Shown here: positions 10,895 through 20,387 of the stretch, piece after piece
How the letters are laid out: each line of letters opens with the position of its first letter
Position numbering within the stretch: the stretch's first letter is position 1
NCBI GenBank assembly: GCA_012735505.1
Contig: JAAYHE010000025.1
Span: 10,414-74,413 of the forward strand
Length of the DNA stretch: 64,000 nt
Reading direction: 5' to 3'
Source of the DNA: Bacillota bacterium
Lineage (GTDB): Bacteria; Bacillota; UBA994; UBA5500
The notes under the pieces: model-generated
Databases searched by the model: none
What the model was told of the DNA's origin: nothing
Seen by the model: only the letters and a program-made list of their open reading frames with translations
Translations under genes and position numbers: made by a program

Positions 10895-11295
10895 TAACGA
10901 GGTCCCTCCCCAAGCGATTTAGGCCCAAATGCGTAGGGTAACAACTGCCCCATGGTCATTTGTAAACGCTGGCCTTGACCTGAAACAACAACTATAGGTA
11001 CGTCAGGCGTAAACCATTCAGCCATGAATTGGCGACAAGCACCGCATGGCATGCCCGGGTCTCCATCCCCAGCAGCGATAGCTAGTGCCGTAAATTCCCG
11101 TTCGCCAGCGGCAACCGCTGTTGCCAAGGCCACCCGCTCCGCGCAAATAGTGAGTCCATATGAGGCATTTTCGATATTACAACCTGTATAAATCTTACCA
11201 CTAGTAGCCCGTACAGCAGCCCCAACCGGGTAGCGAGAATAGGGTGAATAGGATTTTTCCTGGGCTGCACGGGCAGCAGCTAAGAGTTGCTCCAT
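10894..11295 (-). CDS. cdd: Cytidine deaminase
   Basis: 133 aa with CAERVA and PCGACRQ zinc motifs. Confidence 0.9.
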   Translation of the reverse strand: MEQLLAAARAAQEKSYSPYSRYPVGAAVRATSGKIYTGCNIENASYGLTICAERVALATAVAAGEREFTALAIAAGDGDPGMPCGACRQFMAEWFTPDVPIVVVSGQGQRLQMTMGQLLPYAFGPKSLGEGPR

Positions 11296-11312
11296 TTAGC
11301 AATCGCCTCCTT

Positions 11313-12359
11313 CTATGGAGTCGTAGCCGCGGGTAGAACGATCTCCTCTTGTTTTTCTAAAACTATTTCTATTCCTCTCATAGCCCGCAAGGTATTAACC
11401 ATGATATCCATACTACTATATAAAACATCGGGATCCCCTACCGCCTGAATCCTAACGGGATTGACTACGATCTGCTTCTGATTGACCAGGATACTCGGGC
11501 CGGCACAACGCACAGAAGATGTGGTAGTCAAGCGCTGGTCACCTACCGCTATCCCGACAGCCCCTGCTGCAAACAGCTCGTTGACCACATCTCGAATATC
11601 TGCATCATGCACTATGTCACCACTGTTATAAGCGCCAGGCGCATCATAGAGCTCAACAACTAAACCCGGCCCGGTCATACTAGCATACCCACTGAGAGTG
11701 TTGAGTCTACGCAACTCGGCCTGTAGATTTTGCGTCTCCTGCTGTAAAACCTTTACTTGATCATAAAGGGTACGATAGTTAACGGCCCTTGCCTTACCCT
11801 CACTAATTTCAATCACAACTTCGTCAAAGGGCTCGTTACACAGTGGGTGGCCCTTAATCTGATCAATAGTATGTGCAGATAATAGACGGGCTCTATCAAC
11901 AACAGTCACTTCGTCTCCTGATTCATTGCTAATTAGGATTGATACTTTTTGCTGAACCTGAGGGATAGCAGGATCGTTATTAACTAATACTTGTAGAACC
12001 TCGCGCCTTTTAGCATCTCGTTCCATGTCCAAAAGCCCTATGGCTTGAGCGCCGCTATTAAGCATTACCTGGGCCAACTCTTCCAGAGTACGCGCCCGAC
12101 CGATATCATATTGCAGGCGGGCCACAAGGTCTTGTACTGCCGGTAATCCCCCTAGCCCTTGTTCGCTAGCCCACCTTTCGATGTAGCTAATCAGCATGTT
12201 ACTAGTTTCCTTGGCCATGGCTAAAGTATTTCTCTCACCTGGCAGGCGAAATAAGTTGAGTGAACGACCTAGCATCAAACTGTTGGCCAGCAACACCACA
12301 ATTAGTACTGTAACTAACCAAGTCTGCCGGGCAGATGAAGTCTCCAGTTTACGTACCAC
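11313..12359 (-). CDS. DUF881-family membrane-anchored protein (long form)
   Basis: 348 aa with an N-terminal TM helix and a C-terminal DUF881-like region (GPGLVVELYDA...DIVHDADIRDVVNELFAAGAVGIAV.DQRL). Roughly 100 aa longer than the forms I remember. Confidence 0.6.
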   Translation of the reverse strand: MVRKLETSSARQTWLVTVLIVVLLANSLMLGRSLNLFRLPGERNTLAMAKETSNMLISYIERWASEQGLGGLPAVQDLVARLQYDIGRARTLEELAQVMLNSGAQAIGLLDMERDAKRREVLQVLVNNDPAIPQVQQKVSILISNESGDEVTVVDRARLLSAHTIDQIKGHPLCNEPFDEVVIEISEGKARAVNYRTLYDQVKVLQQETQNLQAELRRLNTLSGYASMTGPGLVVELYDAPGAYNSGDIVHDADIRDVVNELFAAGAVGIAVGDQRLTTTSSVRCAGPSILVNQKQIVVNPVRIQAVGDPDVLYSSMDIMVNTLRAMRGIEIVLEKQEEIVLPAATTP

Positions 12360-12377
12360 TCGCTCCCCTCCCCTCTT

Positions 12378-13130
12378 TCAGAATTTAACAAAGTAGCTCC
12401 AAACCCAAACAAATAGGTGGACGACCACTACCGCATGCAAGCAAAATAGCCAAGAATACTGCCAACCATAGCTAAGCCACAGCCAAAACAGAGCGATCGC
12501 GGCAAGTTCTGCTATCAGTAAGGTTGGAAACAAGGCCAATGAGCCTGCAATAAGGAGTAAAGCTAGTAGTGACAATCCTAGGGACATGAAACGCTGGCTC
12601 CGGCGCCAAATTTCGCGGCAAAAGCCAGCGCAGCTGCTGAGGCCCACAAGCAATATCAGCTCTGTTGGCAAGGAAACCAGCCACTGCCGCCAGGCACGAG
12701 GAGCCTCTTTCAGATAAGGGTAAAAGATAATGTAGCCAAGAACCAAAGAGGTAAGTGCCGCTAAAAGCACCGCGCCAGCTGCCACGTCTTTAGCTTGGCG
12801 TGCTAGTTCCGCATAACTGGGTGAAGCCAAGTCGGTAACCCGCTCGATAGCAGTATTTAGCGTCTCGGTAATCACCACCAAGGCGATAGCAAGTGTCAAC
12901 AAAGCCCATTTGTTTGGGCTCAAGCGCACGTAAAAACCTATGGCTACAGTTAGAGCTGCCACCACTAGATGGAAGCGCAGATGTCGCTCTTGCAGCGCTT
13001 CTCCGATTCCCCGCGCCGCATAAACCCAATTAGCCCTGATCCTCTTGCGTTTAGCGCTGGATTCCCAGCTCTTGCAGGATGGCCTCTTGCTTGTCACGCA
13101 TTTCACCTTCAAATTCTGCATCATGGTCAT
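12378..13130 (-). CDS. dgkA: Diacylglycerol/undecaprenol kinase DgkA fused to an extra C-terminal multi-TM module
   Basis: The N-terminal roughly 130 aa is DgkA-like (AARGIG...RFHLVVAAL...ETLNTAIERVTDL...ARQAKDVAAGAVLLAA). It is followed by about 115 aa with around four hydrophobic helices. The start is uncertain, because the longest ORF overlaps ybeY by 80 nt. Confidence 0.7.
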   Translation of the reverse strand: MTMMQNLKVKCVTSKRPSCKSWESSAKRKRIRANWVYAARGIGEALQERHLRFHLVVAALTVAIGFYVRLSPNKWALLTLAIALVVITETLNTAIERVTDLASPSYAELARQAKDVAAGAVLLAALTSLVLGYIIFYPYLKEAPRAWRQWLVSLPTELILLVGLSSCAGFCREIWRRSQRFMSLGLSLLALLLIAGSLALFPTLLIAELAAIALFWLWLSYGWQYSWLFCLHAVVVVHLFVWVWSYFVKF

Positions 13131-13503
13131 AGCCGAGCAAGTGAAGCAGCCCGTGTACCAACAAGAAGGCTAATTCGCGCTCCAAACTATGTCCATAAGC
13201 TTCTGCTTGGCTTACAGCCCGCTCCATACTCACTACGATGTCCCCAAGTATTAATACGTTTTCTATGTCCAAAAGTTCCTCGCCTTCTAGTTGAGGAAAC
13301 GAAAGAACATCGGTAGGTTCATCTATTCCCCGGTATTCCCGGTTAAGGGCTCGAATAGACTCGTCGCTCACGAAAATAACACTCACTTCTGCATCATTCG
13401 GAACCTCTAAGAGCTCTAAAGCCCGGGATAAAGTCTGTTCGCAAAAAGCCAACATGGATTCGGAGCAAGCTACTTGCTCTTGATCATTGCTGATTAGTAT
13501 CAT
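13051..13503 (-). CDS. ybeY: rRNA maturation endoribonuclease YbeY
   Basis: 150 aa with the HGLLHLLGYDH metal-binding motif. Synteny is pgpH-ybeY-dgkA. Confidence 0.9.
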   Translation of the reverse strand: MILISNDQEQVACSESMLAFCEQTLSRALELLEVPNDAEVSVIFVSDESIRALNREYRGIDEPTDVLSFPQLEGEELLDIENVLILGDIVVSMERAVSQAEAYGHSLERELAFLLVHGLLHLLGYDHDAEFEGEMRDKQEAILQELGIQR

Positions 13504-15565
13504 TGGGTGCCTTCCCTTCCCCTTGCACTAGTTTTTCTGGATACTCGATCCGCTTATGAAAGATACCACTGAGGATATGCACAAAAGCTGTACCCACGCT
13601 GTCTAGCTCCTTCAAAGTGATATCACATTCGTCGAGCTGGCCATCATTCAGCCGTTCCTTAATTATTTTGCGCACCAAAGCATCGATGCGGCTAGGCGTT
13701 GGCTGAGCCAGGGAACGGACAGCTGCTTCCACACAGTCAGCCAACATGACGATTGCAGCTTCCTTGGTTTGGGGTGTCGGCCCCGGATAGCGGTAGTCGC
13801 TATCTTCAACATCACCCGCTTCTTTGGCTTTATGATAAAAATAGCCAACAAGAGTGGTACCATGATGCTGCTGAATCATGTCTATGATAACCTGGGGGAG
13901 CCTATATTCGCGTGCCAATTCAACACCGTCTTTAATATGCGCCGTAATCACCAAAGCACTCAATGATGGAGGATATTTGTCATGCGGATTTTCCATCATA
14001 AATTGGTTTTCGATAAAAAAGTAGGGCCGTTTGAGTTTGCCAACATCATGGAAATATGAGCCTACTCGCGCCGCTAGGCCGTCGGCTCCGATAGCCTCAG
14101 CAGCGGCTTCGGCCAGATTGGCCACGATAATGCTGTGGTTGTAAGTGCCTGGCGCTTCTATCAACAGGCGTTTCAGAAGGGGGTGATTAGGGTTAGATAA
14201 CTCTAGCATCTTAACTGTAGAGGCAATGCCAAAAGGCCTTTCAATGAACGGCACAACTCCGAAGCCGATAATAGCTGCTAGAACACCACCAGCGCCAGCC
14301 CGCAGAGCGTTACCGAGCAAAGTCGCCCATCCCTCACCGTAGAGCAAGCCAAAGGCTAAAGCCCCTAAACTAGTAGCGGCGGCAACTAAGGCACCAGCCC
14401 TTACTAGATCAAAGCGCTGGTTCATGCGGGAAACGCTAAAGGCGCCAACTACAGCTCCGATTAAACCTACTCCCATGAAGGTGATATCAAAACCAGCCAC
14501 TGCTCCCGCTATAAGCGCCATGGTAATACTGCCCACCACCGCTAAGCGTGGCTCGACCAACACGGCCATTAAGATAGAAGCTGTAGCTACTGGCATCAAC
14601 AGACCCGACATCGCACTGAATACCTTGCAGAGTGCTCCGTTCAACAGCAAGATCAAGCCTAGTAGCACAATATGTTGCGGGTTTTCCCAGGAATGGCGCA
14701 AAAACAAGCTAAGATAGAGAACCATAGGCAACAGGGCTACCAGCATATAGATGAGCACGCCAAAGGCGAGTGGCCAGTTAATACCTTGGTTCAGGAGGCC
14801 TAAGTCACTAAGTAGCATAATCTCCCGCTCGGTCGCTATCTCACCTTGACCGATAATCTTCTGCCCCTTTTGCACCATTACAGGCAGGACTCGAGCCACA
14901 GCTTCCTGGCGCAAGCGTTCAGTGGCAGCGCTATTATAAAGCATGTTAGGCTTCAGCAAAGAGCTCGCTATTTGGCGCAGGAAATTTTTTTGCGCAGCCG
15001 GCAGATAGAGATTGTCAATATCACGGTGTATCTGTTCTTCGGCAGTGCTTAATGCCTCGGCTTTGATCCCTCGCGCATATGCCTGCTCCATAATGGTAGC
15101 CAAAGCGGTAGCTAATTGACGATTCATATCTACTGATAAATTCAAGCCCGCACGCAAGGCAACATCGGTAAGGGTCACTGGTAGTGTCTCGCGCAGCAAT
15201 TGGAGTTTAGATTCCAGATCGGTTTCTAAATCAGCTACAGTGAGAAACTGTTCGAAAATCTCGTTAAGCTGGTTGAGACTAGACAAGGCGACATTCGGAT
15301 CCTGTTCAAAGATGTCTTTGACGCTTTGTGCAGCCTCTTCGCGTGCTTTCTGCGTAGTATAACGGTCTTCAACAGTACGTGGTGCCCCTATATAACGAGG
15401 GCTAGCCTGCCCCACCTCTAATTGAACCGATTCTGGTAAAATACACAGAAACAAGAACAAAGACAAAGCCAGATAAACCCCTGATAGTAAAAGAGCCCGG
15501 CGTACTACCGGGCGGCGCCAAAACCGTTGCGTAAATATGTGGGCTCTTCTGGGTTTCCTAGACAT
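13484..15565 (-). CDS. pgpH: 7TM-receptor HD-domain phosphodiesterase PgpH (YqfF-like, c-di-AMP phosphodiesterase family)
   Basis: About 693 aa with an extracellular N-domain, seven TM helices and a C-terminal HD domain (HSIIVANLAE...HDVGK). It follows phoH as in Bacillus. I prefer ATG 15565 over GTG 15568. Confidence 0.85.
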   Translation of the reverse strand: MSRKPRRAHIFTQRFWRRPVVRRALLLSGVYLALSLFLFLCILPESVQLEVGQASPRYIGAPRTVEDRYTTQKAREEAAQSVKDIFEQDPNVALSSLNQLNEIFEQFLTVADLETDLESKLQLLRETLPVTLTDVALRAGLNLSVDMNRQLATALATIMEQAYARGIKAEALSTAEEQIHRDIDNLYLPAAQKNFLRQIASSLLKPNMLYNSAATERLRQEAVARVLPVMVQKGQKIIGQGEIATEREIMLLSDLGLLNQGINWPLAFGVLIYMLVALLPMVLYLSLFLRHSWENPQHIVLLGLILLLNGALCKVFSAMSGLLMPVATASILMAVLVEPRLAVVGSITMALIAGAVAGFDITFMGVGLIGAVVGAFSVSRMNQRFDLVRAGALVAAATSLGALAFGLLYGEGWATLLGNALRAGAGGVLAAIIGFGVVPFIERPFGIASTVKMLELSNPNHPLLKRLLIEAPGTYNHSIIVANLAEAAAEAIGADGLAARVGSYFHDVGKLKRPYFFIENQFMMENPHDKYPPSLSALVITAHIKDGVELAREYRLPQVIIDMIQQHHGTTLVGYFYHKAKEAGDVEDSDYRYPGPTPQTKEAAIVMLADCVEAAVRSLAQPTPSRIDALVRKIIKERLNDGQLDECDITLKELDSVGTAFVHILSGIFHKRIEYPEKLVQGEGKAPNDTNQQ

Positions 15566-15593
15566 CACAACCCCTCCCCCATCGGATCAACTA

Positions 15594-16571
15594 CTACTTC
15601 TTCTTTTGATAATCTTCGTAAGCTTTAATAATGCGCTGTACGAGTGCATGTCTCACAACATCTTGATCGGTCAAATAAACAAAACCAATTCCCTTGACTC
15701 CTTTGAGAATCTGACAAGCTTCCACTAGCCCACTGGTTTTCCCTTTAGGCAGATCTATTTGGGTAATATCGCCGGTAACAACCGCCCGCGAACCAAAGCC
15801 GAGTCGAGTGAGAAACATCATCATTTGCTCAGGCGTAGAGTTCTGTGCCTCGTCGAGAATAATATAGGAGTCATCCAGGGTGCGCCCCCGCATATAGGCT
15901 AAGGGGACTACTTCAATAATACCCCTTTCCATATACCTTTGAAAAGTTTCTTGGCCTAAAATGTCAAACAAAGCGTCGTAAAGCGGCCGCAAGTAGGGAT
16001 CTACCTTATCTTGCAGATCACCAGGTAAAAATCCCAACCTTTCCCCAGCCTCTACGGCTGGGCGCGTTAGAATTAGACGGCTCACTCTGCGGGCGCGTAA
16101 GGCAGCTACCGCCATCGCCATAGCAAGGTATGTTTTACCAGTTCCGGCCGGGCCGATCCCAAAAACGATGTCTTGGTCACGCATTGCCTGCACATATTGG
16201 CGTTGCCCACGGGTTTTCGGACGCACCTGTTTTCCTCGGCTAGTTGTGACAATAACATCAGCATAGATCTCCGGCAGGTTAGGTTCTTGCCCTGCTAGGA
16301 TCAGACGTAAGCCATAGGTTACGTCTCGGGCGCTAATAGCGATACCCTGCCTGAGCAAAGTAAATAACTGTGACAACAGGCTCTCGACCTGTAAGACAGC
16401 TCTGCTTGGTCCTGTAATGGTCAACTCGTTATCTTGTACTGCAATCATGACTGGCAAAGCTTCCTCAATCATTCTCAAATGCTCGTCATGACGACCAAAA
16501 ACCGCCTGTGCTTCAGCAATATCACGTAAGTATAACTTGTTTGTCTGGGTCTCCAGCTGCGAACTGCTCAA
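15594..16571 (-). CDS. phoH: PhoH-family ATPase (PhoH/YbeZ)
   Basis: Walker A GPAGTGKTYLAM and Walker B ILDEAQN. Confidence 0.9.
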   Translation of the reverse strand: MSSSQLETQTNKLYLRDIAEAQAVFGRHDEHLRMIEEALPVMIAVQDNELTITGPSRAVLQVESLLSQLFTLLRQGIAISARDVTYGLRLILAGQEPNLPEIYADVIVTTSRGKQVRPKTRGQRQYVQAMRDQDIVFGIGPAGTGKTYLAMAMAVAALRARRVSRLILTRPAVEAGERLGFLPGDLQDKVDPYLRPLYDALFDILGQETFQRYMERGIIEVVPLAYMRGRTLDDSYIILDEAQNSTPEQMMMFLTRLGFGSRAVVTGDITQIDLPKGKTSGLVEACQILKGVKGIGFVYLTDQDVVRHALVQRIIKAYEDYQKKK

Positions 16572-16592
16572 CGATGGCTTGCCTCCTCGGTT

Positions 16593-17789
16593 CTATTCTT
16601 CAATTAAGGGCATAAACTCGCCAATCGGCTCTATGGCTTCAATAATGGCTCGAACTTGTACTGTATTATTATCTGATAGAATCTGCGTTTCAAAACTGCT
16701 TGCAAGCATGGTAGCGTCACTAGGTAACTGCATAACGGCCAAAGCGTGGGCCAGCTCGGCAGCTTCTGCCTGAGCTACTTCTAACGATACCTGCTCCCAT
16801 TCTTCCTCAACTTCAAAATAGGTTCTTCGCATATGTTCAACAGGCGCCCCCAGACTCCTCCACAATAAGGGCAGACTTTGGCAATCAACTTCATATAAGG
16901 GAAAAGGCGGCTGTTGGGGGCCAGCGATTACTATCTCTTTGTCGCCAAATACTAACACTTCGCTAGTCGCAGTGCGACCAGTTCGCCGTCGGGCTAACCG
17001 TTCCCTAGCGCTAGTAGCTGAAGCTTCATACCAGACGCTGGCCTCGGCTATCCCTTCGGCATGAACATATCTAATTTCTGCATCGTCGTCAACAGTAAAT
17101 GCACCGCTGATCAATATCTGCCCCTGCTCAACATTATCGCCAACCTTGACCATAGATTTTCCGGTGGAGGCCACAATTTTTTGGATTACCCCCGCTTTAG
17201 ATGCTATCACATGCCCGATAGGCTTCGGCTCGACCACCACAATTTTCTTCTCGACCACTTCGATCACAGCGCAAGAACCTTTTACCTCCACTCCTACCCA
17301 AGAGAGTTCTGGTACTTTAATAGCCAGAGAACGCGAAAGTTGTCCAGCTATTAACCGCTTGCGCCAAACACCTGGTTTTAGCCCCAGCTCTGCAGCCGCT
17401 TGCAAAATGGTGGATGTTGCTACTTGCTCGTTGCCGCGCACCTCTACAAACCAAACAATCGAACCCAAGATATATAAACTGGTGATAAACAACAAGGCAC
17501 CGCAAACAAAAGCTGTGCGCTGCCAGAGGCGACTCAGTATGAATGGCAGACCGCGCCGCTTGAGGATTCTGACGCGCACGCCAGAGCGGCGAGCTACGGG
17601 ACGCATTTGTTTAAACCCTTCAATACTGGTCTTGCCCACCACGGTGCCATTTTTGGTAGTGTAAATGTCCCAGATAGGGATGCCTGACTGTAGACACAGA
17701 TTGATAAAGCGCTCAACCCACTCTCCCCGGAAGTGGATAATAAGGTAGCCCACAAACAAGGCAAAAATACGATTTAGAAACACAGTCAT
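16593..17789 (-). CDS. yqfD: Sporulation protein YqfD
   Basis: About 398 aa of YqfD-type size, with a TM segment near residue 100. Position is between yqfC and phoH, as in Bacillus and Clostridia. Confidence 0.8.
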   Translation of the reverse strand: MTVFLNRIFALFVGYLIIHFRGEWVERFINLCLQSGIPIWDIYTTKNGTVVGKTSIEGFKQMRPVARRSGVRVRILKRRGLPFILSRLWQRTAFVCGALLFITSLYILGSIVWFVEVRGNEQVATSTILQAAAELGLKPGVWRKRLIAGQLSRSLAIKVPELSWVGVEVKGSCAVIEVVEKKIVVVEPKPIGHVIASKAGVIQKIVASTGKSMVKVGDNVEQGQILISGAFTVDDDAEIRYVHAEGIAEASVWYEASATSARERLARRRTGRTATSEVLVFGDKEIVIAGPQQPPFPLYEVDCQSLPLLWRSLGAPVEHMRRTYFEVEEEWEQVSLEVAQAEAAELAHALAVMQLPSDATMLASSFETQILSDNNTVQVRAIIEAIEPIGEFMPLIEE

Positions 17790-17850
17790 CACCCCTATTC
17801 ATTCGGCTCATAACGACAATTATCAGTTACTAACACGGCCGGAAATACCC

Positions 17851-18138
17851 TTAACCTATATATGAAATACCCGTGATAGTACCGTCGATGATAATGGCAT
17901 CAGGCAAGATAGAGCGCAAGGTCAGTTTTTGGCCTTCGATAATAAACTCGCCCCGGGAAACTGCTACCCGAATACGGCGGTCGCTATACAAAATCACCCC
18001 ACGGTGGTTTTCTATTGTCAGCTGAATATTGCCGACCATAGTAATACGCGGCAAGTTTAACACCAGGTCTTTCGGCAGCTCTAACACGTCGGTCATCAGC
18101 TTCCGCACCCCAGTTTGCAGCCTTTGTCGCCTTGCCAC
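17851..18138 (-). CDS. yqfC: Sporulation protein YqfC
   Basis: 95 aa with LELPKDLVLNLPRITMVGNIQLTIENHRG, very like B. subtilis YqfC (LDLPQDV..LPRITMIG...IENHRG). GTG start behind GAGGGGG. Confidence 0.85.
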   Translation of the reverse strand: MARRQRLQTGVRKLMTDVLELPKDLVLNLPRITMVGNIQLTIENHRGVILYSDRRIRVAVSRGEFIIEGQKLTLRSILPDAIIIDGTITGISYIG

Positions 18139-18244
18139 CGGCTCGCCCCCTCACCCTCATTCTCTTCTTTAACTTTATGCAGATTGTCCCGGCAAAAGAA
18201 GCAACCCATCGGCGAGGCCGCTGAAAAAGCCCTGTCTGGGCGAA

Positions 18245-18280
18245 TAAGAGGGTACAACACGCGAGGATGACCGCACCGCC
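18245..18280. repeat. Copy A (partial) of the GCGGTCATCCTCGCG intergenic element family
   Basis: Exact 15-mer CGCGAGGATGACCGC at 18260-18274. The flanks GGGTACA..ACA and ACCGCC match the right-hand module of the copies at 39041-39230 and 57193-57423. Confidence 0.6.
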
Positions 18281-18314
18281 CACCTCTCCATCTGTACCTG
18301 ACTTCTTCGAAACT

Positions 18315-18344
18315 GCAAAACAAAAAAGCACCTGACGGTGCTTT
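18315..18344 (-). terminator. Intrinsic terminator of rpsU
   Basis: Hairpin AAAGCACC-N4-GGTGCTTT (18325-18344) followed on the minus strand by TTTTTTGTTTTG. Confidence 0.75.
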
Positions 18345-18365
18345 CTTTGTTCTTAGTATTACAAC

Positions 18366-18545
18366 TTAATAGCGACGCCTCTTTTTCCTTGCGGCTTCTG
18401 CCTTTTTCTTGCGCCTTACGCTTGGCTTCTCATAATGCTCACGCTTTCTCGCCTCAGAAAGGACACCAGAACGCTGGCACTGACGCTTGAATCGCCGCAG
18501 CGCGCTATCTAAAGATTCGTCTTTACGCACTCTTACCTCGGTCAC
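18366..18545 (-). CDS. rpsU: 30S ribosomal protein S21
   Basis: Not in the ORF track (59 codons, GTG start). My translation is (M)[61 protein letters not shown] is GGAGGGAGGGAAACTAA before the GTG. Confidence 0.9.
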   Translation of the reverse strand: MTEVRVRKDESLDSALRRFKRQCQRSGVLSEARKREHYEKPSVRRKKKAEAARKKRRRY

Positions 18546-18622
18546 TTAGTTTCCCTCCCTCCGCACCCAAAAAATGTTCGGAGTTATGCACTATCTATAT
18601 TACTGCGGAATGAACTCCTGCT

Positions 18623-18651
18623 ATTATATCTTGCGGCAAAAGTCGTGTCAA
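18623..18651 (-). promoter_or_regulatory. Consensus sigma-A promoter for rpsU
   Basis: Minus strand reads TTGACA (18651-18646), a 17-nt spacer, then TATAAT (18628-18623). The -35 overlaps the stop codon of the HIT gene. Confidence 0.65.
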
Positions 18652-18992
18652 CCGAGGGACGGCAACTCAGCTAACGGCCTTCCACCGATGACATGAAAGT
18701 GCAAATGCTCGATCACTTGCCCCCCATCTTTGCCAATGTTGGTAGCCACACGATACCCCTCTAGCCCTTGCTCACTGGCCACTTTCCTAGCAACGCTTAA
18801 TAGCGCCCCCAAAAGTTGTTCATCTTGCGGTTCTGTGTCCTGCAGCGATTTGATGTGGCGTTTGGGGATGACTAAAATATGCACTGGAGCAACCGGATTG
18901 ATGTCACGAAATGCTATGATGGCATCATCTTCGTAAACAACATCAGATGGTAACTCCTTGGCTACGATCTTACAGAAAACACATTCACTCAC
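18648..18992 (-). CDS. HIT-family (histidine triad) nucleotide-binding protein
   Basis: 114 aa with CVFCKI near the N-terminus and the HLHFHVIGG histidine-triad motif. Confidence 0.9.
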   Translation of the reverse strand: MSECVFCKIVAKELPSDVVYEDDAIIAFRDINPVAPVHILVIPKRHIKSLQDTEPQDEQLLGALLSVARKVASEQGLEGYRVATNIGKDGGQVIEHLHFHVIGGRPLAELPSLG

Positions 18993-19016
18993 TTTATCAC
19001 CCCCTGCTCCCTATAC

Positions 19017-20387
19017 TTATTCGACACGCCCAAAGGTTATCCTGCTGCGAGGAGGCAGTCCGCCCTGTGCCTTTATCCAGGCGACCACATCTGCCTTTGT
19101 GGTCGCAGCTGGGGTAGTTGGGTTTTCCTTAATTAGTGCCGAGGTAATCAGGTTGGAACGCAAATTGGGCGCATCGCTATGAACGGTTACATAGGTGTCG
19201 GTATGACCCGTCCAGATACCGTCGTCATCTTGATTTTCCCACAGTACCTCTTGCTCTGTTCCGACCAGTCCCAGGGCAAATTCTCGCGACAATCTTTCCC
19301 CAAGGCTAATTAAAGCACGGCTGCGTCGTGTTTTCTCCTCTTTTGGCACCTGCTTTGGCAGGCTAGCAGCCGGTGTGCCCGGGCGCCTAGAATAGCGGAA
19401 GACATGCAAACGACTAAAGGCTATAGACTCGACAAAGCTATAGGTAGCCGCAAATTCTTCGTCTGTCTCGCCCGGAAAGCCAACGATTACGTCGGTAGTA
19501 ATTGCTATTTCTGGCATATAACTGCGCACCAAATCGATAATACGCCGATAATCTTTTGTGTCGTACCGCCGATTCATCGCTTTCAGCACGCGATCCTGCC
19601 CCGCCTGCAGAGGAATATGCAGGTGGCGGCAAAAATTTGGGTACTTTTGCATGAGCTCTAACAAAGACTCGGTAATTTCGTTAGGTTCGATAGAGCTCAG
19701 CCTTAAGCGCCTTAATCCTGGCACTTGCAGCAGATGTTCGAACAAGCACGCCAAATCGGGCTGCCCGGGCAAATCCCGTCCATAGTTACCAACGTGAATC
19801 CCAGTTACTACTATTTCTTGAAAACCAGACTGCACTAGATCGGTAGCCTCTCGTACTACGTCAGCTAGCGGACGACTTCGCTCGGGGCCACGGGCATAAG
19901 GAATAATGCAATAAGAGCAAAACTGCTGACACCCATCTTGCACTTTCAAAGTGGCTCTAGTGCGGCCTACTTCTTGGCTAGCACTAATCATTTCAAAGCT
20001 AGTTTCGCTAGACCAATCGGAAACAGCAATCAGGGGTGAGCTAGCTTGTCTAGCCCTTTCCACTAATTCCACAATGCGTGGCTTATCAGCGCTGCCAACC
20101 AAAAGATCGATATCTGTCGGCAACTCTCCCCGCCCCTGCGCAACCTGCGGATAGCAGCCCACCATTACGACCATCGCTTGCCGATTGCGTTGCCGCGCCC
20201 GCCGGGCTAACTGCCGGGATTTTTGTTCAGCCTGAACAGTCACAGCACAGGTATTGATTATATAAATATCGGCGGCAGCAGAAAAACCTACTAGTTCGTA
20301 GCCCGCTTCTTGGAAGAGGTGAGCCATGGCGGCCGTCTCACCTTGATTGACTTTGCAGCCTAAAGTATGAAATGCAACTGTGGGCAT
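19017..20387 (-). CDS. mtaB: tRNA (t6A37) methylthiotransferase MtaB
   Basis: N-terminal TLGCKVNQ.E, a radical-SAM CxxxCxxC (CQQFCSYCIIP) and a TRAM-like C-terminus. It has the B. subtilis yqeV position next to rsmE. Confidence 0.88.
   Translation of the reverse strand: MPTVAFHTLGCKVNQGETAAMAHLFQEAGYELVGFSAAADIYIINTCAVTVQAEQKSRQLARRARQRNRQAMVVMVGCYPQVAQGRGELPTDIDLLVGSADKPRIVELVERARQASSPLIAVSDWSSETSFEMISASQEVGRTRATLKVQDGCQQFCSYCIIPYARGPERSRPLADVVREATDLVQSGFQEIVVTGIHVGNYGRDLPGQPDLACLFEHLLQVPGLRRLRLSSIEPNEITESLLELMQKYPNFCRHLHIPLQAGQDRVLKAMNRRYDTKDYRRIIDLVRSYMPEIAITTDVIVGFPGETDEEFAATYSFVESIAFSRLHVFRYSRRPGTPAASLPKQVPKEEKTRRSRALISLGERLSREFALGLVGTEQEVLWENQDDDGIWTGHTDTYVTVHSDAPNLRSNLITSALIKENPTTPAATTKADVVAWIKAQGGLPPRSRITFGRVE

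Noticed and set aside
17984-18331. 115-aa and 75-aa minus-strand ORFs in the rpsU-yqfC gap
   Set aside because: They overlap the yqfC start in another frame, have no RBS, and give an Arg/Gly-rich junk-like sequence. The region is better explained by the rpsU terminator plus partial element copy A.
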